Origin: an uncultured delta proteobacterium
GTDB taxonomy: Bacteria; Myxococcota_A; Polyangia; Haliangiales; Haliangiaceae
Assembly: GCA_963743525.1 (NCBI GenBank)
Contig: CAVUQH010000003.1
Span: forward strand, 224,001 to 288,000
DNA length: 64,000 nt
Direction of reading: 5' to 3'
The notes beneath the pieces were generated by a model. It made no database searches, was not told the origin of the DNA, and worked only from the letters and a program-made list of their open reading frames with translations. Both the position numbers and the translations under genes were made by a program. Of this stretch, positions 9,965 to 27,277 are shown one piece after another. The first letter of the stretch is position 1. Each line of letters opens with the position of its first letter.

Positions 9965-10690
9965 TCAGGCCGCGCGGCGGCGGTGCGCCCACGGTGTCTC
10001 GCGCACCGGCTCGTAGTCGGGCACGGCCTCGATGCCGAGCTCGGCGCGCACCTCTTCGAGGGGGCGCTCGAGCAGCGCGGCCCAGTCCCGGGTCGGCAGC
10101 CAGGCGGCGCGGCGGCCGCGGCGGTAGCCGTCGAGGATCATGTGCCGGCCTTCGCGGCTGGGGTTGAACAGCAGGCCGAGGCTGGCGAGGAAGCCGATGC
10201 CCGGGTGGCCGGTCTGCGCGAAGGTGAACGCCAGCAGCGAGGCTTCGCCGAGCAGGTCGCCCTTGTAGCCGGTGACGGTGTGCCACAGGTCGTGGCTGTC
10301 GCGCATCCGCTCGCGGAAGTAGCCGATGTCGCTGTCGGGATCGTAGTAGCGCTCGTCGGTGCCGTCGACGCTGGCCTCGACCAGGCCGTCGGCGGTGATT
10401 CCTTCGGAATCGAGGAAGCGAAGATAGGCGCGGCCGAGGCTGCCTTCCGGCATCGCGGCCAGGCGCTCCTGATCGCGCAGCACGGCCAGCAGGTCGTCGC
10501 GGCTGTCGAGCAGCCGCTGGCCGTCGGCGTCGTTGCGGAAGCGGCGGGTCATCCGCCTGGGCGCGCCGAACGACAGCGCTTCGGCGATGCGGAACACCTG
10601 CGAGGTGTCCTCGGGGTTGGCCAGGGCGGCGCGGGTGGCGTCGGCGACAGTGCGGAGACGGTGAAGCGGGGAAGGAGTCGTCGTGGTCAT
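9965..10690 (-). CDS. Coq4-family protein
   Basis: PEGSLGRAY and RDSHDLWHTVTGY…GEASL (HDxxH…E metal motif). Confidence 0.85.
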   Translation of the reverse strand: MTTTTPSPLHRLRTVADATRAALANPEDTSQVFRIAEALSFGAPRRMTRRFRNDADGQRLLDSRDDLLAVLRDQERLAAMPEGSLGRAYLRFLDSEGITADGLVEASVDGTDERYYDPDSDIGYFRERMRDSHDLWHTVTGYKGDLLGEASLLAFTFAQTGHPGIGFLASLGLLFNPSREGRHMILDGYRRGRRAAWLPTRDWAALLERPLEEVRAELGIEAVPDYEPVRETPWAHRRRAA

Positions 10691-10717
10691 GAGGGCCTCC
10701 GTTCAGGCGGGCAGGAG

Positions 10718-10739
10718 TTACTTACATCTCTGTAAGTAA
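10718..10739. promoter_or_regulatory. Perfect palindrome, probable TetR operator
   Basis: TTACTTACA-TCTC-TGTAAGTAA in the AT-rich spacer between the divergent coq4-like and TetR genes; a degenerate second copy ACTTACAATCCTGTCAAC at ~10745-10762. Confidence 0.7.
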
Positions 10740-10785
10740 ACACAACTTACAATCCTGTCAACAATTGCGTTATCATTGGCCGCAA

Positions 10786-11412
10786 ATGGGCGGAAAGACA
10801 CGCATACGCCGGACTGCGGAGGAGGCACGGGAGCGCATTCTGGAGGTCGCCGAGGAGCAGCTCCGCGAGCGCGGGCCCGACGGATTGCGGCTCAAGGAGC
10901 TGGCGCGCGAGGTCGGCGTCTCGCACCCGGCGATCCTCCACCACTTCGGCAGCCGCACCGGGCTGGTGCGCGCCGTGGTCTCGCGCATCACCCGGCAAGT
11001 GCAGCAGCAGATCGTCGCCGCCCTCCACGACGACATCGAACCGGCGTCGGGCGCGACCCTGCTCGACCGCGTCTTCCGCGTGATGGCCGAGCCCGGCCTC
11101 GCGCGCATGATGGCGTGGCTGTCGCTCAGTCGCGACGTCGAGCTGGAGATGAACAGCAACGTCCGCGACATCGCCCAGGCCATGCACCGGATCCGCTGCC
11201 AGCGCAAACCGGATCACGCGCCGCCATTCGAGGACACGCTGTTCACCGTGTTGCTGGCGGCGATGGCGCCGATCGGCAACGCCATTGCCGGCGATGCGCT
11301 GCGCGCCAGCGCCGGGCTGGCCGACGATCCCGACGCCGACCGCCGGTTCATCGTCTGGCTGGCCAACCTGGTGCACCGCCACCTCGACGGCACCGCCGAG
11401 CTGGCGCGCTAG
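10786..11412 (+). CDS. TetR/AcrR family regulator
   Basis: N-terminal HTH RERILEVAEEQL…LKELAREVGVSHPAILHHFGS. Confidence 0.9.
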   Translation: MGGKTRIRRTAEEARERILEVAEEQLRERGPDGLRLKELAREVGVSHPAILHHFGSRTGLVRAVVSRITRQVQQQIVAALHDDIEPASGATLLDRVFRVMAEPGLARMMAWLSLSRDVELEMNSNVRDIAQAMHRIRCQRKPDHAPPFEDTLFTVLLAAMAPIGNAIAGDALRASAGLADDPDADRRFIVWLANLVHRHLDGTAELAR

Positions 11413-12266
11413 TTCTTCAGCTTCTTGCCCAGGGCGTCGATCTGCTGGCGCAGCTCGAGTTTACCGGGGCTGTCGGCGTGCGGCGGACGGCTCGCCCGCG
11501 GGCGCTTGCGCAGCGGCTGCGGCTCGGCGGTGTCAACGCCGGCGCTGCGACACATCGCGCGCAGCCGGTGACATATCTCCGGGGTCAGGCCGACCATCAA
11601 GATCGACGTGGCGCTGCTGCCGTCTGCGGCGTCGGTCTCCACCGAGCGAACCTCGGCGGCGATCGACAGCACCAGCTCGTCGGGCAAGCTGAGCGCGACC
11701 ATCAGTCGATCACCGGGCACCAGCGAGTGGTTGCCGCGAATGGTGAGCAGATGGGTGCCCGCCGCCTGCTCGTCGCACAGCTTGGCCACCTGTGACCAGT
11801 TGCGACAGGTGACCTTGATGCGGCGCTGTGTGCGCCGCCGCTCGATCGGTGTCGTCCGCTCTTCGCCCGGCTGCCGCGGCAAGCGGCTGCGACTGCCACG
11901 GGCCAGGCGCGCGCGCGACTCGTTGAGATCGCGAACCACCGCGCGGACGTCGGCGACCGTCCACACTTTGGGCAACACGCGACCGATCGACTCGGCCTGG
12001 CGAATCACCGAATCGCTCGGCGCGCTGCCGGTGCAGAAGGCGATCGGCAGCTCGCTCTCGAGCGTGCGGATCGCGCGCGCCAGCTCGACCCCCGACATGC
12101 CGGGCATGTCGATGTCGGTGATCACCGCGTCGAAGCCGCCGGCGCGAAAGCGCTCGAGGGCGTCAGCGGGATGACAGGTGACCTCGGTCTTGTGGCCGAG
12201 CTTCCTGAGGACCCGCCCGAGCAGCGCACCGAAGCTCTGCTCGTCGTCAACGACCAGTATTTTCAT
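11409..12266 (-). CDS. Response regulator with C-terminal PilZ-like domain
   Basis: KILVVDDE, ITDIDMPGMSG, FCTG, LPK receiver motifs; the C-domain begins with RRTQR (RxxxR). Confidence 0.75.
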   Translation of the reverse strand: MKILVVDDEQSFGALLGRVLRKLGHKTEVTCHPADALERFRAGGFDAVITDIDMPGMSGVELARAIRTLESELPIAFCTGSAPSDSVIRQAESIGRVLPKVWTVADVRAVVRDLNESRARLARGSRSRLPRQPGEERTTPIERRRTQRRIKVTCRNWSQVAKLCDEQAAGTHLLTIRGNHSLVPGDRLMVALSLPDELVLSIAAEVRSVETDAADGSSATSILMVGLTPEICHRLRAMCRSAGVDTAEPQPLRKRPRASRPPHADSPGKLELRQQIDALGKKLKN

Positions 12267-12323
12267 GCACTCCCCATCGCGTTAGCCCGAATACGTATTT
12301 TCGCCAAAGCAAATCGCGATTCA

Positions 12324-12339
12324 AGCACGAAATGTGCCC
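12324..12339 (-). promoter_or_regulatory. Candidate sigma54 -24/-12 promoter
   Basis: Minus strand GGGCACATTTCGTGCT: GG-N10-GC, upstream of the gene starting at 12266. Confidence 0.55.
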
Positions 12340-12392
12340 GCGGGCGCCGCCGTGCATTCCCAGGTGGTTGGAATCGCCGCGATTTCCGGAGT

Positions 12393-12429
12393 GCAACGTC
12401 TGTTGTCACTCAGCCGCAACAAACGTTGC
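12393..12429. promoter_or_regulatory. Paired enhancer-like boxes (GCAAC-N4-GTTG)
   Basis: GCAACGTCTGTTGT (12393-12406) and GCAACAAACGTTGC (12416-12429). Confidence 0.55.
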
Positions 12430-12786
12430 GGCGAGCGCCAACAATATTGCACGCACGTCGGCGTCGCTGGCGCCCTTGCCCCGGACCGGGCCGAGCGTGG
12501 ACGCTTCGGCCAGCCGCCCGCTGGCCGGGTCGCTGCCGGTGCAAAAGGCGATCGGCACGTCGCCGCGCTCCTTGCGCAGCGACCGCGCCAGCTCGACCCC
12601 ATTCATCTCCGGCATGTCGATATCGGTGATTACGGCGTCGAATGACTGCTCGCGGAACAGCGCCAGGGCGTCGTCCGGGTGCAGCGCCAGGGTCGGCTCG
12701 TGGCCCAGCCGGCGAAGGGATCGACCCAGCGATCGGGCGAAACCGACCTCATCATCGACCACCAAGATGCGCAGGCTGCGGGTCAC
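12406..12786 (-). CDS. Single-domain response regulator, paralog of the downstream receiver
   Basis: RILVVDDE, ITDIDMPEMNG, PIAFCTG; GTG at 12786 with a GGGAG RBS. Confidence 0.8.
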   Translation of the reverse strand: MTRSLRILVVDDEVGFARSLGRSLRRLGHEPTLALHPDDALALFREQSFDAVITDIDMPEMNGVELARSLRKERGDVPIAFCTGSDPASGRLAEASTLGPVRGKGASDADVRAILLALAATFVAAE

Positions 12787-12810
12787 GGGAAAGCTCCCAC
12801 GGGTTCTATA

Positions 12811-12826
12811 AGCATTCGCCATGCCG
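12811..12826 (-). promoter_or_regulatory. Candidate sigma54 -24/-12 promoter
   Basis: Minus strand CGGCATGGCGAATGCT: GG-N10-GC, ~25 bp before the GTG at 12786. Confidence 0.6.
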
Positions 12827-12891
12827 ATCCAGCACTGATTCCGGATGGATGCAGTCCCGGCCAGTTAGGTGAACCCGCCTCGCCAAGAGGG

Positions 12892-12926
12892 GCAACAGAC
12901 GTTGACACGACCGCAACAAACGTTGT
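12892..12926. promoter_or_regulatory. Paired enhancer-like boxes (GCAAC-N4-GTTG)
   Basis: GCAACAGACGTTGA (12892-12905) and GCAACAAACGTTGT (12913-12926), 21 bp apart. Confidence 0.6.
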
Positions 12927-12942
12927 CATCTGGGATACAAGC

Positions 12943-14505
<1,563 letters not shown>

Positions 14506-14581
14506 GTCCGGCTCGGTCGCCTACACCGAACCACTCGTCCGAAAAATTGCCCGCTTGCACCGCCCATGCCTATCACAAGGT

Positions 14582-15467
14582 GTGGCATCGGGGCGTAACC
14601 GCAACGCGCGCAGAGCGCGCAAGAACCGCCGGCTCGGGCCGCCGATCTGGCGCCGCCTGCCGCCGCCGCGCGCGCTCGGTCGACTGGCCGCGCGGGCGGG
14701 ACGCGCAGCGCTGCCGGCGGTGGTGGCGCTGGCGTCGGCGCTGGTGGTCGGCGGCGGCGGTCTGTACGGCTATCGCTGGCTGACCCGCTCCGGCGATTTC
14801 GCCGTCACCCACCTCGAGGTCCGCGGCGGTGGCCAGCACTCGGACGACGCGCGGGTGCGGTCGCTGCTGGGCGTCGGTCACGGCGACAACATCTTCCGCG
14901 TGTCAACCGCGATCCTCGAGCAGCGGCTGGAAGCCGATCCGTGGATCGCCAGCGCCCACGTCAGCCGGCGCCTGCCCGACACGTTGATCGCCGAGGTCGC
15001 CGAAGAGCACGCCGCGGTGGTGGTCGAGCTCGGCGGTCTGTATCTGGCCGACGCCAACGGCCGCGTGTTCAAGCGGGTCGACATCGCCGCCGGCGAAGGA
15101 CTGAGCTTGCCGATCGTCACCGGCATCGCGCGCAAGGCCTACGTCCGCGCGCCCGAGACTGCGGCGGTTCAGGTGCGCGACGCGCTGGAAGCGCTCGCCG
15201 TCTATCGCGCTCGCGCCGGCCGTCCGACGGTCAGCGAGATTCATCTCGACGCCCGACGGGGCGTCGTCTTCTACACCTACGACGGCGCGATGGCGATTCG
15301 CGTGGGCAGCGGCGACGACGCCGACATGGCCCGGCGCCTGGCCACCTTCGACGCCGCCTGGGCCGATCTCACTCCTGAAGAACGCGCCGCCGCGCGGGTG
15401 GTGTACGTGGACAACAAAGCGCGGCCCGACCGGGTGACGGTCGGATTCGCAGAACCGAGACGCAGCG

Positions 15468-15475
<8 letters not shown>
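14582..15475 (+). CDS. ftsQ: Cell division protein FtsQ
   Basis: Basic N-terminus, one TM helix, POTRA-like PWIASAHVSRRLPDTL, LPIVTG; overlaps the ftsA start. Start codon uncertain. Confidence 0.8.
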
Positions 15476-16694
<1,219 letters not shown>

Positions 16695-16798
16695 CGGTCG
16701 ATTTGCCTAGCACGAATGAAAAAGCGGTCGCAAAAAATTTGGCCCGATCCCGACCCAGGTAGATAACCGGGTAAGTACACGGGGAGGAAAGCGAACCC

Positions 16799-18358
<1,560 letters not shown>

Positions 18359-18382
18359 TCCATCCCCTCTCGGCACCCGCCG

Positions 18383-18418
18383 AATAGCGCCGACCGGCTG
18401 TCGCCGATCGGCGCTATT
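18383..18418 (+). terminator. Stem-loop after ftsZ
   Basis: AATAGCGCCGACCGGC-TGTC-GCCGATCGGCGCTATT: 16-bp stem with one mismatch; weak U-tract. Confidence 0.5.
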
Positions 18419-18548
18419 GCCATTGTGGGGCGGAGCCCTCCGGACGGGCGCACTCGCGCCCGGGGCTCGCGTTCTTGCGCCGAGCGGGCTCGGCGCAAAC
18501 CGCTCGCTGGCGCAGGTTGTGAGCCCGGCGCGGTGGTAGGGTCGTGCC

Positions 18549-19175
18549 GTGGTCGCGTTCGAGACCCACGCGCGGTGGCTGCTGGTGGTCCACGCCGTGC
18601 TCGGCGCAGCGCTGGTCGCGTTAACGACGCACCTGGCGGTGTGGATGCGCGGCTACGTGCGCGGTCGGTTCGACCGCCAGCGCGGCGTGCGCCTGCTCAG
18701 TTGGATCAGCACGTCGCTGTTCCTGTGCACCTTCGCCCTGGGCAACCTGATCTATCCGACCTACCGGGTGCGGGTGCGGGCCGAATACCTCGAGAGCCCC
18801 GAGGCGGTGGTCAAAGCGCAGGACGCCCGGGCCGTCGCCGGGGCCGCGCTGATGGCCCGGGAAAACCGCCGGCGGCAGCTCGAGCAGGCCGCCGAGCTGT
18901 CTGAACCACCCTCAGAGGCATACCGGGCCGAATCCCCCCGTCACGTGGCCAAGATGGCCCGCTGGTTCGACGTCAAGGAGCACTGGGCGGCGGTGGGGTT
19001 GGCTATGTCTATCGCGCTGTTGTTCTTACTCACCGGCTGGGACCCGCGAAAACACGGGGCTCGCGTCGCTTCGCTGATCTTCGCGATGGCCGTGGGGACA
19101 GCCGCCACCACCTGGCTCGCCGCCCTGGTTGGGCTCATGGTCACCAGCCACCGAGCGGTCGGCGGCGGCGGTTGA
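18549..19175 (+). CDS. Hypothetical membrane protein (about 4 TM)
   Basis: Hydrophobic segments with YPTYRVRVR and FDVKEH motifs; coding-like codon usage. Confidence 0.65.
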   Translation: MVAFETHARWLLVVHAVLGAALVALTTHLAVWMRGYVRGRFDRQRGVRLLSWISTSLFLCTFALGNLIYPTYRVRVRAEYLESPEAVVKAQDARAVAGAALMARENRRRQLEQAAELSEPPSEAYRAESPRHVAKMARWFDVKEHWAAVGLAMSIALLFLLTGWDPRKHGARVASLIFAMAVGTAATTWLAALVGLMVTSHRAVGGGG

Positions 19176-19231
19176 TCGTCACGGATCGGCCGGAAAAACG
19201 CTTGCGCGGCACATTTTCGGCGGTCCTGGCG

Positions 19232-19259
19232 TTGAAGACCGGCGACGCGAGGCTACTAT
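19232..19259 (+). promoter_or_regulatory. Candidate sigma70 promoter of the histone gene
   Basis: TTGAAG-N16-TACTAT. Confidence 0.45.
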
Positions 19260-19339
19260 GCCCACCGCTAAAAGCGGCTGAGGGGCTCGGCCTCGTCGAA
19301 TCTCGAAGGAATCGAAGCCAAGGATCGGAGGATCTGCTC

Positions 19340-19531
19340 ATGAATAAGAAGAACCGTGACGTTGTCCTCGTGGTGGGCAGCAAGGTGAAGGATGTCGTGC
19401 GTGAAGCTGGCCTGCAGAGCTCGGGTGAGCTCGTCGAGGCGGTCTCGAACAAGGTCTACGACCTGATCGAAGCCGCGTGCGCTCGCGCCAGCGAGAACGG
19501 CCGCAAGACCGTTCGCGCGTACGACCTGTAG
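19340..19531 (+). CDS. Bacterial histone-fold protein (63 aa)
   Basis: MNKKNRDVVLVVGSKVKDVVREAG…IEAACARASENGRKTVRAYDL: RKTV-x3-D histone-fold signature; GGAGGA RBS. Confidence 0.85.
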   Translation: MNKKNRDVVLVVGSKVKDVVREAGLQSSGELVEAVSNKVYDLIEAACARASENGRKTVRAYDL

Positions 19532-19551
19532 ACCGAATCGGTCTGGTTCCG

Positions 19552-19587
19552 AGCCGGGAAGGGCAACCTTCCCGGCTTTTGTCTTTT
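19552..19587 (+). terminator. Rho-independent terminator
   Basis: AGCCGGGAAGG-GCAA-CCTTCCCGGCT followed by TTTGTCTTTT. Confidence 0.85.
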
Positions 19588-19590
19588 CGG

Positions 19591-20415
19591 CTAGTCGTCG
19601 TCGCGCATCGCCCGCCACATGGCGTTGACGGGCGCGCTCTGGCCGGTCCAAAGGGCAAACGCGCGCGCTCCCTGATGGACCAGCATCCCCGCGCCGTCGA
19701 TGGCGGTCAGGCCTCGGGCCCGAGCGGCGGCGAGAAGCGCGGTTTCTCGGTGGTAGACGAGGCTGGCGACGATGGCTGCCGGCGGCAGCGCGTCGATCGG
19801 CACCGGCGCCGGCAGTCGCCGCTCGCCGTCGGCCGACAGCCCGGCCGAGGTGCAATCGACCAGGATGTCGCAATTGGCAACCGAACGGTCGAGGACGGCC
19901 GCCGTCCACGGCGTCGCCTCGATCCAGCCCACGCGCTCGGGAGCCCGGGCGATCACCGCGACCTCGGCGCCGGCTCCGCGCAGCCCGGCAGCTACCGCCC
20001 GGGCCGCCCCGCCGGCGCCCAGCAGCAGCGCGCGCCGTCCGGTCGGATCGCCGCTGGCGAGCTCGGCCAGGGCGTCAACGAAGCCGCCGGCGTCGGTGTT
20101 GTGGCCGATCACCGCGCCGTCGTCGAAGCAGAGGCAGTTGACCGCGCCGACGGCCTCGGCGCTGGGATCGAGGCGGTCGCAGGCGCCCATCGCCGCCTGC
20201 TTGTGCGGCACGGTCACGCTGGCGCCGAGGAAGCCCATCGACGCCATGCCTCGCACCGCCGCGACCACGTCACCGGGGGCCACCGGCAGGGCGACGAAGA
20301 CCGCGTCGATGCCGGATGCGGCAAAGGCGGCGTTGTGCAGCGCCGGCGACCGGGAGTGCTCGACCGGCCAGCCGATGACGGCGCCGACGCGGGTCCGGGC
20401 ACCGACGGTGGTCAC
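19591..20415 (-). CDS. aroE: Shikimate dehydrogenase
   Basis: [50 protein letters not shown] overlap with the upstream gene. Confidence 0.93.
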   Translation of the reverse strand: MTTVGARTRVGAVIGWPVEHSRSPALHNAAFAASGIDAVFVALPVAPGDVVAAVRGMASMGFLGASVTVPHKQAAMGACDRLDPSAEAVGAVNCLCFDDGAVIGHNTDAGGFVDALAELASGDPTGRRALLLGAGGAARAVAAGLRGAGAEVAVIARAPERVGWIEATPWTAAVLDRSVANCDILVDCTSAGLSADGERRLPAPVPIDALPPAAIVASLVYHRETALLAAARARGLTAIDGAGMLVHQGARAFALWTGQSAPVNAMWRAMRDDD

Positions 20416-21429
20416 TTGCGTACCACCACGCGCCCGCCGCCCTTGAGCTGCGAGGCGCGGACGGCGGCGTTGGCGTCGCGCATCAGCCGGGCGAAGCTGA
20501 TCGGCTTGCCCGGACGGGTCGCCGCGATGCCGACCGAGACCGTCAGATCGGCGTCGTCGCCACCGAAGCCGGCGACCGCCGAGGCCACGCGGTTGCCCAC
20601 GTGCTCGGCGCCGGCGATGTCGGTGTACGGCAGGAAGACCAGGAACCGCTCCTCGTCGAGGTCGACCGGCAGGTCGATGTCGCGGATGGTGGCGGCGATG
20701 GTCGCGGCAACCCGGCGGCGCAGAGCCCGCAGCAGCCCCGGATCGGGCGCCGGATCGGCCGGATCGAGCGCGACCAGGCAGGCGGCCAGCGGGTAGCCGT
20801 ACCGTTTGGCCCGCTTGAGCTCGATGACCAGGAGCTGCTTGAAGAAGTCGAAGTGCTGGAACCCGGTCTCGGCGTCGGCCTGGCCGTAGCGCAGCAGGCG
20901 CTCCCGCAGCATCGCCTCGCTCGACTCGAGCGCGCGCACCGCGGCGCGTTCGCGGGTCAGGCCGCGGGCCGCGATCAGCGCGGTGGCCAGCGCCTCGCCG
21001 CCGTGCGGGCGGACCACGAACAGATCGGTCCCGGCCTCGCGCGCCTTGTCGGCGGCGGCCAGTGCCGGGCCAGCGAAGGCGCCGATGGTCACCGGGCCGG
21101 CGGTGGTGCGGGCGCGCACCGCCTCGATCACCGCTTCTCCCTCGGGAATCGCGACGATCACCGCGTCCGGTGGGACGGTGCCGGCGCAGCGGTCGGCGAC
21201 CTTTTCGGCGCTCTTTTCCGGAGTCACCGTGCAGCCGAGCTCGGCCAGGATCGACCGCGCCCGCTCGTTGGCCGACGGCGTGCTCTCGCACACCGAGACG
21301 GTCATCTTCAGCGGCGGCCCGGCCGGGGCCTTGCTCTTGCGTGTGGCCGGCTTGCTGGCGCCGCTCTGGGTCTTCTTGCGGCCACCGCCGCCGCGGGTCG
21401 CGCCGCGCTTCTTCTTCTTGGTCTTGCCG

Positions 21430-21437
<8 letters not shown>
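20412..21437 (-). CDS. Receiver-like plus degenerate GGDEF-domain protein
   Basis: DAETG…[30 protein letters not shown] in place of GG(D/E)EF, TVSVGIA, KGGGRV. Confidence 0.8.
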
Positions 21438-22752
<1,315 letters not shown>

Positions 22753-22841
22753 CGGCCGACGGTACGGGCGCGGGGACCGTCTTTGCAAGCTCCCTCGTTG
22801 GCGCCTGCCGGCCGAGCGGGCTAGGATCCGGTGACCTACGG

Positions 22842-24023
22842 ATGGCCGACGACACCCGCGACTCCGACCCCGGCGACGACGACTCGCTGGACGATCACCC
22901 CGGCGCACCGCGCCCGCGTGACGAGATCGACCCCGAGCTGATCAAGCTGCGCCGGGTGCGTATCTCCGTCGGGCCGATCACCTCGGCCGCGATCATCATC
23001 TTCTGCGGCTACATGATGATCCGCCTGTACGGGGACCTGCGATTCTCCCGCCAGGGCAGCGAGCCGCGGCGGGTGACCGTCGCCGACGTCGTCAGCGGTC
23101 ACGCCGGCGCCGAGGGCTATGTCGCCATGGGTGCCGAGCCCGATCGCGCGTTCGCCCTGCGCGTGGCGCCCAAGGGCAACACCGACGGCCACCGGATCGC
23201 GCCGGTGCTGGGCTCCGACGCCCACCTGTGGCTGGTCGTCGGCAGCGAGCCGTGGGCCGAGCCGATCAGCTACACCGACGATTACCGCGGTCGCCTGCGG
23301 CGGCTGGCGGACATGCCGTTTGCCGACGCGCTGAACGACTACGTGCGCACCCGCGGGCCGACGCCGCAGTCGGTCACCGCCGAGGCGCTGCGCAAAGCGG
23401 TCTCCGATCACACCGATCAGGTGGTGCGTCCGTCGGGCGACCACGTGCGCGTCACCGCCGATACCCGGTTGGGGATCCGCGAAGTGGTTCCCGATCGGGT
23501 GCTGGTGCGCGGCTTCTTCCGCGAGGATCGCATGCCCGACGAGAAGGCGTGGGACGCCGCGCTGATCGCCGCCGGCGTGCTGCCCGAGGGCGGCAAAGCG
23601 CAGTCGATCGACGAGGAGGCCAAGGCCGCCGTCTACGACGTGCCGGCGCCCGACGGGCTGGCCGGCATCAAGAAGAAGCTGGTCGCCGCGCGGCTGTTCG
23701 CCGCCCGTGCCGAGCCGGTGGTGCGCGAGTACGAGACCACGTTTGCCGGGCTCGGCTCGGATGCCGCCGGACTGAAGCTGTCGGGCGGCACGGTGGTGCC
23801 GTGGACCAGCATCTCGGACGTGGTCGTCTACGCCCCCCGTCACGTGCCGGACGACGCGCTGGTGCTGATCACCGACGAGGCGCCGGGCGCGTACTGGTAC
23901 GTCCTGCCGCTGTACATCCTCCTCGGCCTGTTCGTCGCGCTGTTCGGCTGGGCGCTGGTGCGCGGGCTGATGCCCGAGCGGCAGCCGCAAAGGGCTTCCA
24001 AACGGGCGCAAAGCGCGGCATAA
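22842..24023 (+). CDS. Hypothetical protein with N- and C-terminal TM helices
   Basis: 393-aa ORF with coding-like codon usage, directly upstream of cysS. Confidence 0.7.
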   Translation: MADDTRDSDPGDDDSLDDHPGAPRPRDEIDPELIKLRRVRISVGPITSAAIIIFCGYMMIRLYGDLRFSRQGSEPRRVTVADVVSGHAGAEGYVAMGAEPDRAFALRVAPKGNTDGHRIAPVLGSDAHLWLVVGSEPWAEPISYTDDYRGRLRRLADMPFADALNDYVRTRGPTPQSVTAEALRKAVSDHTDQVVRPSGDHVRVTADTRLGIREVVPDRVLVRGFFREDRMPDEKAWDAALIAAGVLPEGGKAQSIDEEAKAAVYDVPAPDGLAGIKKKLVAARLFAARAEPVVREYETTFAGLGSDAAGLKLSGGTVVPWTSISDVVVYAPRHVPDDALVLITDEAPGAYWYVLPLYILLGLFVALFGWALVRGLMPERQPQRASKRAQSAA

Positions 24024-24033
24024 ACGGCAGCCC

Positions 24034-25524
<1,491 letters not shown>

Positions 25525-25525
25525 C

Positions 25526-26509
25526 TCACTCCTCGCCGGAGTCGTCGCTCAGATAGGCGAGAATTACCTCGTCGAGGCTCTTTTCCGAGATCAGCCCCTG
25601 GCCGAACAGGTTCTCGGGCGCCTTCTCGGTCGCCTTGCGCACGCGGGCGGTCGAGGTCCGCGACTGGGGCGGCTGCGGCACCGACGCCGGCGGCGCGGCC
25701 GAGGCCCGGGGCGGCGACGCGGTCTTGCCGCCGCCGACCACGCGCGGCGGGGCGCCGACGATGACCGCCGGCCGCGAGACGACCACGCCGCCCTGTTTGC
25801 GCGGCTGGGTCGGCGGCGCCGGTGGGGTGGCCGGCGGAGTGGCCGGCTCCCGGCGAGCCTCTGCGGCCGGGCGGGAGCGGTGCTGGGCGTAGACCCCCCG
25901 GGTCGGCCCGCTCGGCTCGGCGGCATCGGCGAACGTGACCACCGGGACCGGCGGCGAGGTGTCGGCGCGGGGCGGCGCAGACTTCGGCTTGCCCGCCGGC
26001 CGGGTCGCTGGGGGCACGGACGGCGCCTCCACCGGCACCGTCGGCTCGTCGTCCACCGGCCCCTGGACCGCGGCGAACGCGGCTGACACGTCGCTGGGCG
26101 GCTGGTCGAGGCGAACCGTCGGCGCGGTGCCCTCGTCGCGGGCGATGATCTCTTCGAGATCGACCCGCTCGAACGGCGCGGTCTCGGCGCGGGCGCCGCT
26201 GTCGGTCGCGTCGAACGGCTGCAGATCGGGGTTGTCGCCCAGGTAGCGGTCGATTTTCTCGCCGAACTTGCCCCCCTTCAGGTCCTTCAGCATCGCCTTG
26301 TGCTGAGCCTGCATCAGGGACTTCACCACCTCCTCGTCCGCCTCGGCGTCGTACACCAGCTTGCGGGTGTTGATGATGACGCCACCGTGGAAGAGGTGGG
26401 TGAAGATATGCGGGTTGTCCACGCCCGAGTCCTCGGTTTGCACGTGGAACACCAATCCGCGGTGGCGGATGTTGTGGTTGTACCCGAGGATGGGCGATCG
26501 CTTCGCCAC
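25526..26509 (-). CDS. Myxobacterial conserved protein (possibly RomY-like): globular N-domain, Pro-rich linker, C-terminal motif
   Basis: LGYNHNIRHRGLVFHVQTEDSGVDNPHIFTHLF…QHKAML and C-terminal FGQGLISEKSLDEVILAYL. The RomY link is from memory and unverified. Confidence 0.65.
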   Translation of the reverse strand: MAKRSPILGYNHNIRHRGLVFHVQTEDSGVDNPHIFTHLFHGGVIINTRKLVYDAEADEEVVKSLMQAQHKAMLKDLKGGKFGEKIDRYLGDNPDLQPFDATDSGARAETAPFERVDLEEIIARDEGTAPTVRLDQPPSDVSAAFAAVQGPVDDEPTVPVEAPSVPPATRPAGKPKSAPPRADTSPPVPVVTFADAAEPSGPTRGVYAQHRSRPAAEARREPATPPATPPAPPTQPRKQGGVVVSRPAVIVGAPPRVVGGGKTASPPRASAAPPASVPQPPQSRTSTARVRKATEKAPENLFGQGLISEKSLDEVILAYLSDDSGEE

Positions 26510-26664
26510 GGCCGAATGGGCAGTTTACCACGGCCGCGGCGACTCTGTCGTAGGGCCTCTCCGGCGCCCGGGCTTGTAATTCGGCCCCTGCGTTGATACT
26601 CAGAGCAGAGGGCCTACTGACGCGGATCTACCCAATTCGCGCCACAAAAAGGAGAGCAACGCCC

Positions 26665-27252
26665 GTGTCGAGCGATCGCGCATTCGTCGAGACCCTGTCC
26701 AACTGGCTGGTCTCGCTACCCCACGACCTCAAGCTCTTGTACGAGGCCGCGGACGACGAGAACCTCGATCGCACCGCCCGCGAAATCGCGGTCGGGGCGA
26801 TCATCTACGTGGTCTCGCCCAATGACTTCATCAGCGCCGATCGCGATGGCAGCTTCATCAGCTACAGTGATGATTGTCTGCTCCTGCGCCTGGCTCTCCT
26901 TCGTGTCGTTGCCAAACAGACCGAGGACACCGACTTCTTCAAGAGCCGCTTTCCCGAGTTCTTCGACTCCGTCGAAGCCGAGCTCGCGGTGTGCAAGGGG
27001 TACATGGGTGACCTGTTCGACTGGCTGGAAAGCAAGGTCGACGGCCTCACGTCTCTCGAGTACAAGGGCAAGAAGATCGCCCAGTTCCTCGACGACGACG
27101 AGGCCAGCGTCATCCTCTACGAGGATGGCCTCGCCTTCGGCACCGAGTACGACGTCAACGACGACACGCTCGCCGACAGCTTCAAAAAGGGCTCGTCCGT
27201 CTTGCAGATGATTCAGCGCAAGAAGGACGAGGACGACAAGAAGCTGACCTAG
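26665..27252 (+). CDS. Hypothetical protein, DUF1232/YkvA-like
   Basis: GAIIYVVSPNDFIS…SYSDD pattern; AGGAG RBS before the GTG at 26665. Confidence 0.65.
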   Translation: MSSDRAFVETLSNWLVSLPHDLKLLYEAADDENLDRTAREIAVGAIIYVVSPNDFISADRDGSFISYSDDCLLLRLALLRVVAKQTEDTDFFKSRFPEFFDSVEAELAVCKGYMGDLFDWLESKVDGLTSLEYKGKKIAQFLDDDEASVILYEDGLAFGTEYDVNDDTLADSFKKGSSVLQMIQRKKDEDDKKLT

Positions 27253-27277
27253 CCGCGCGGGATCGGCCTCTCGTCAC

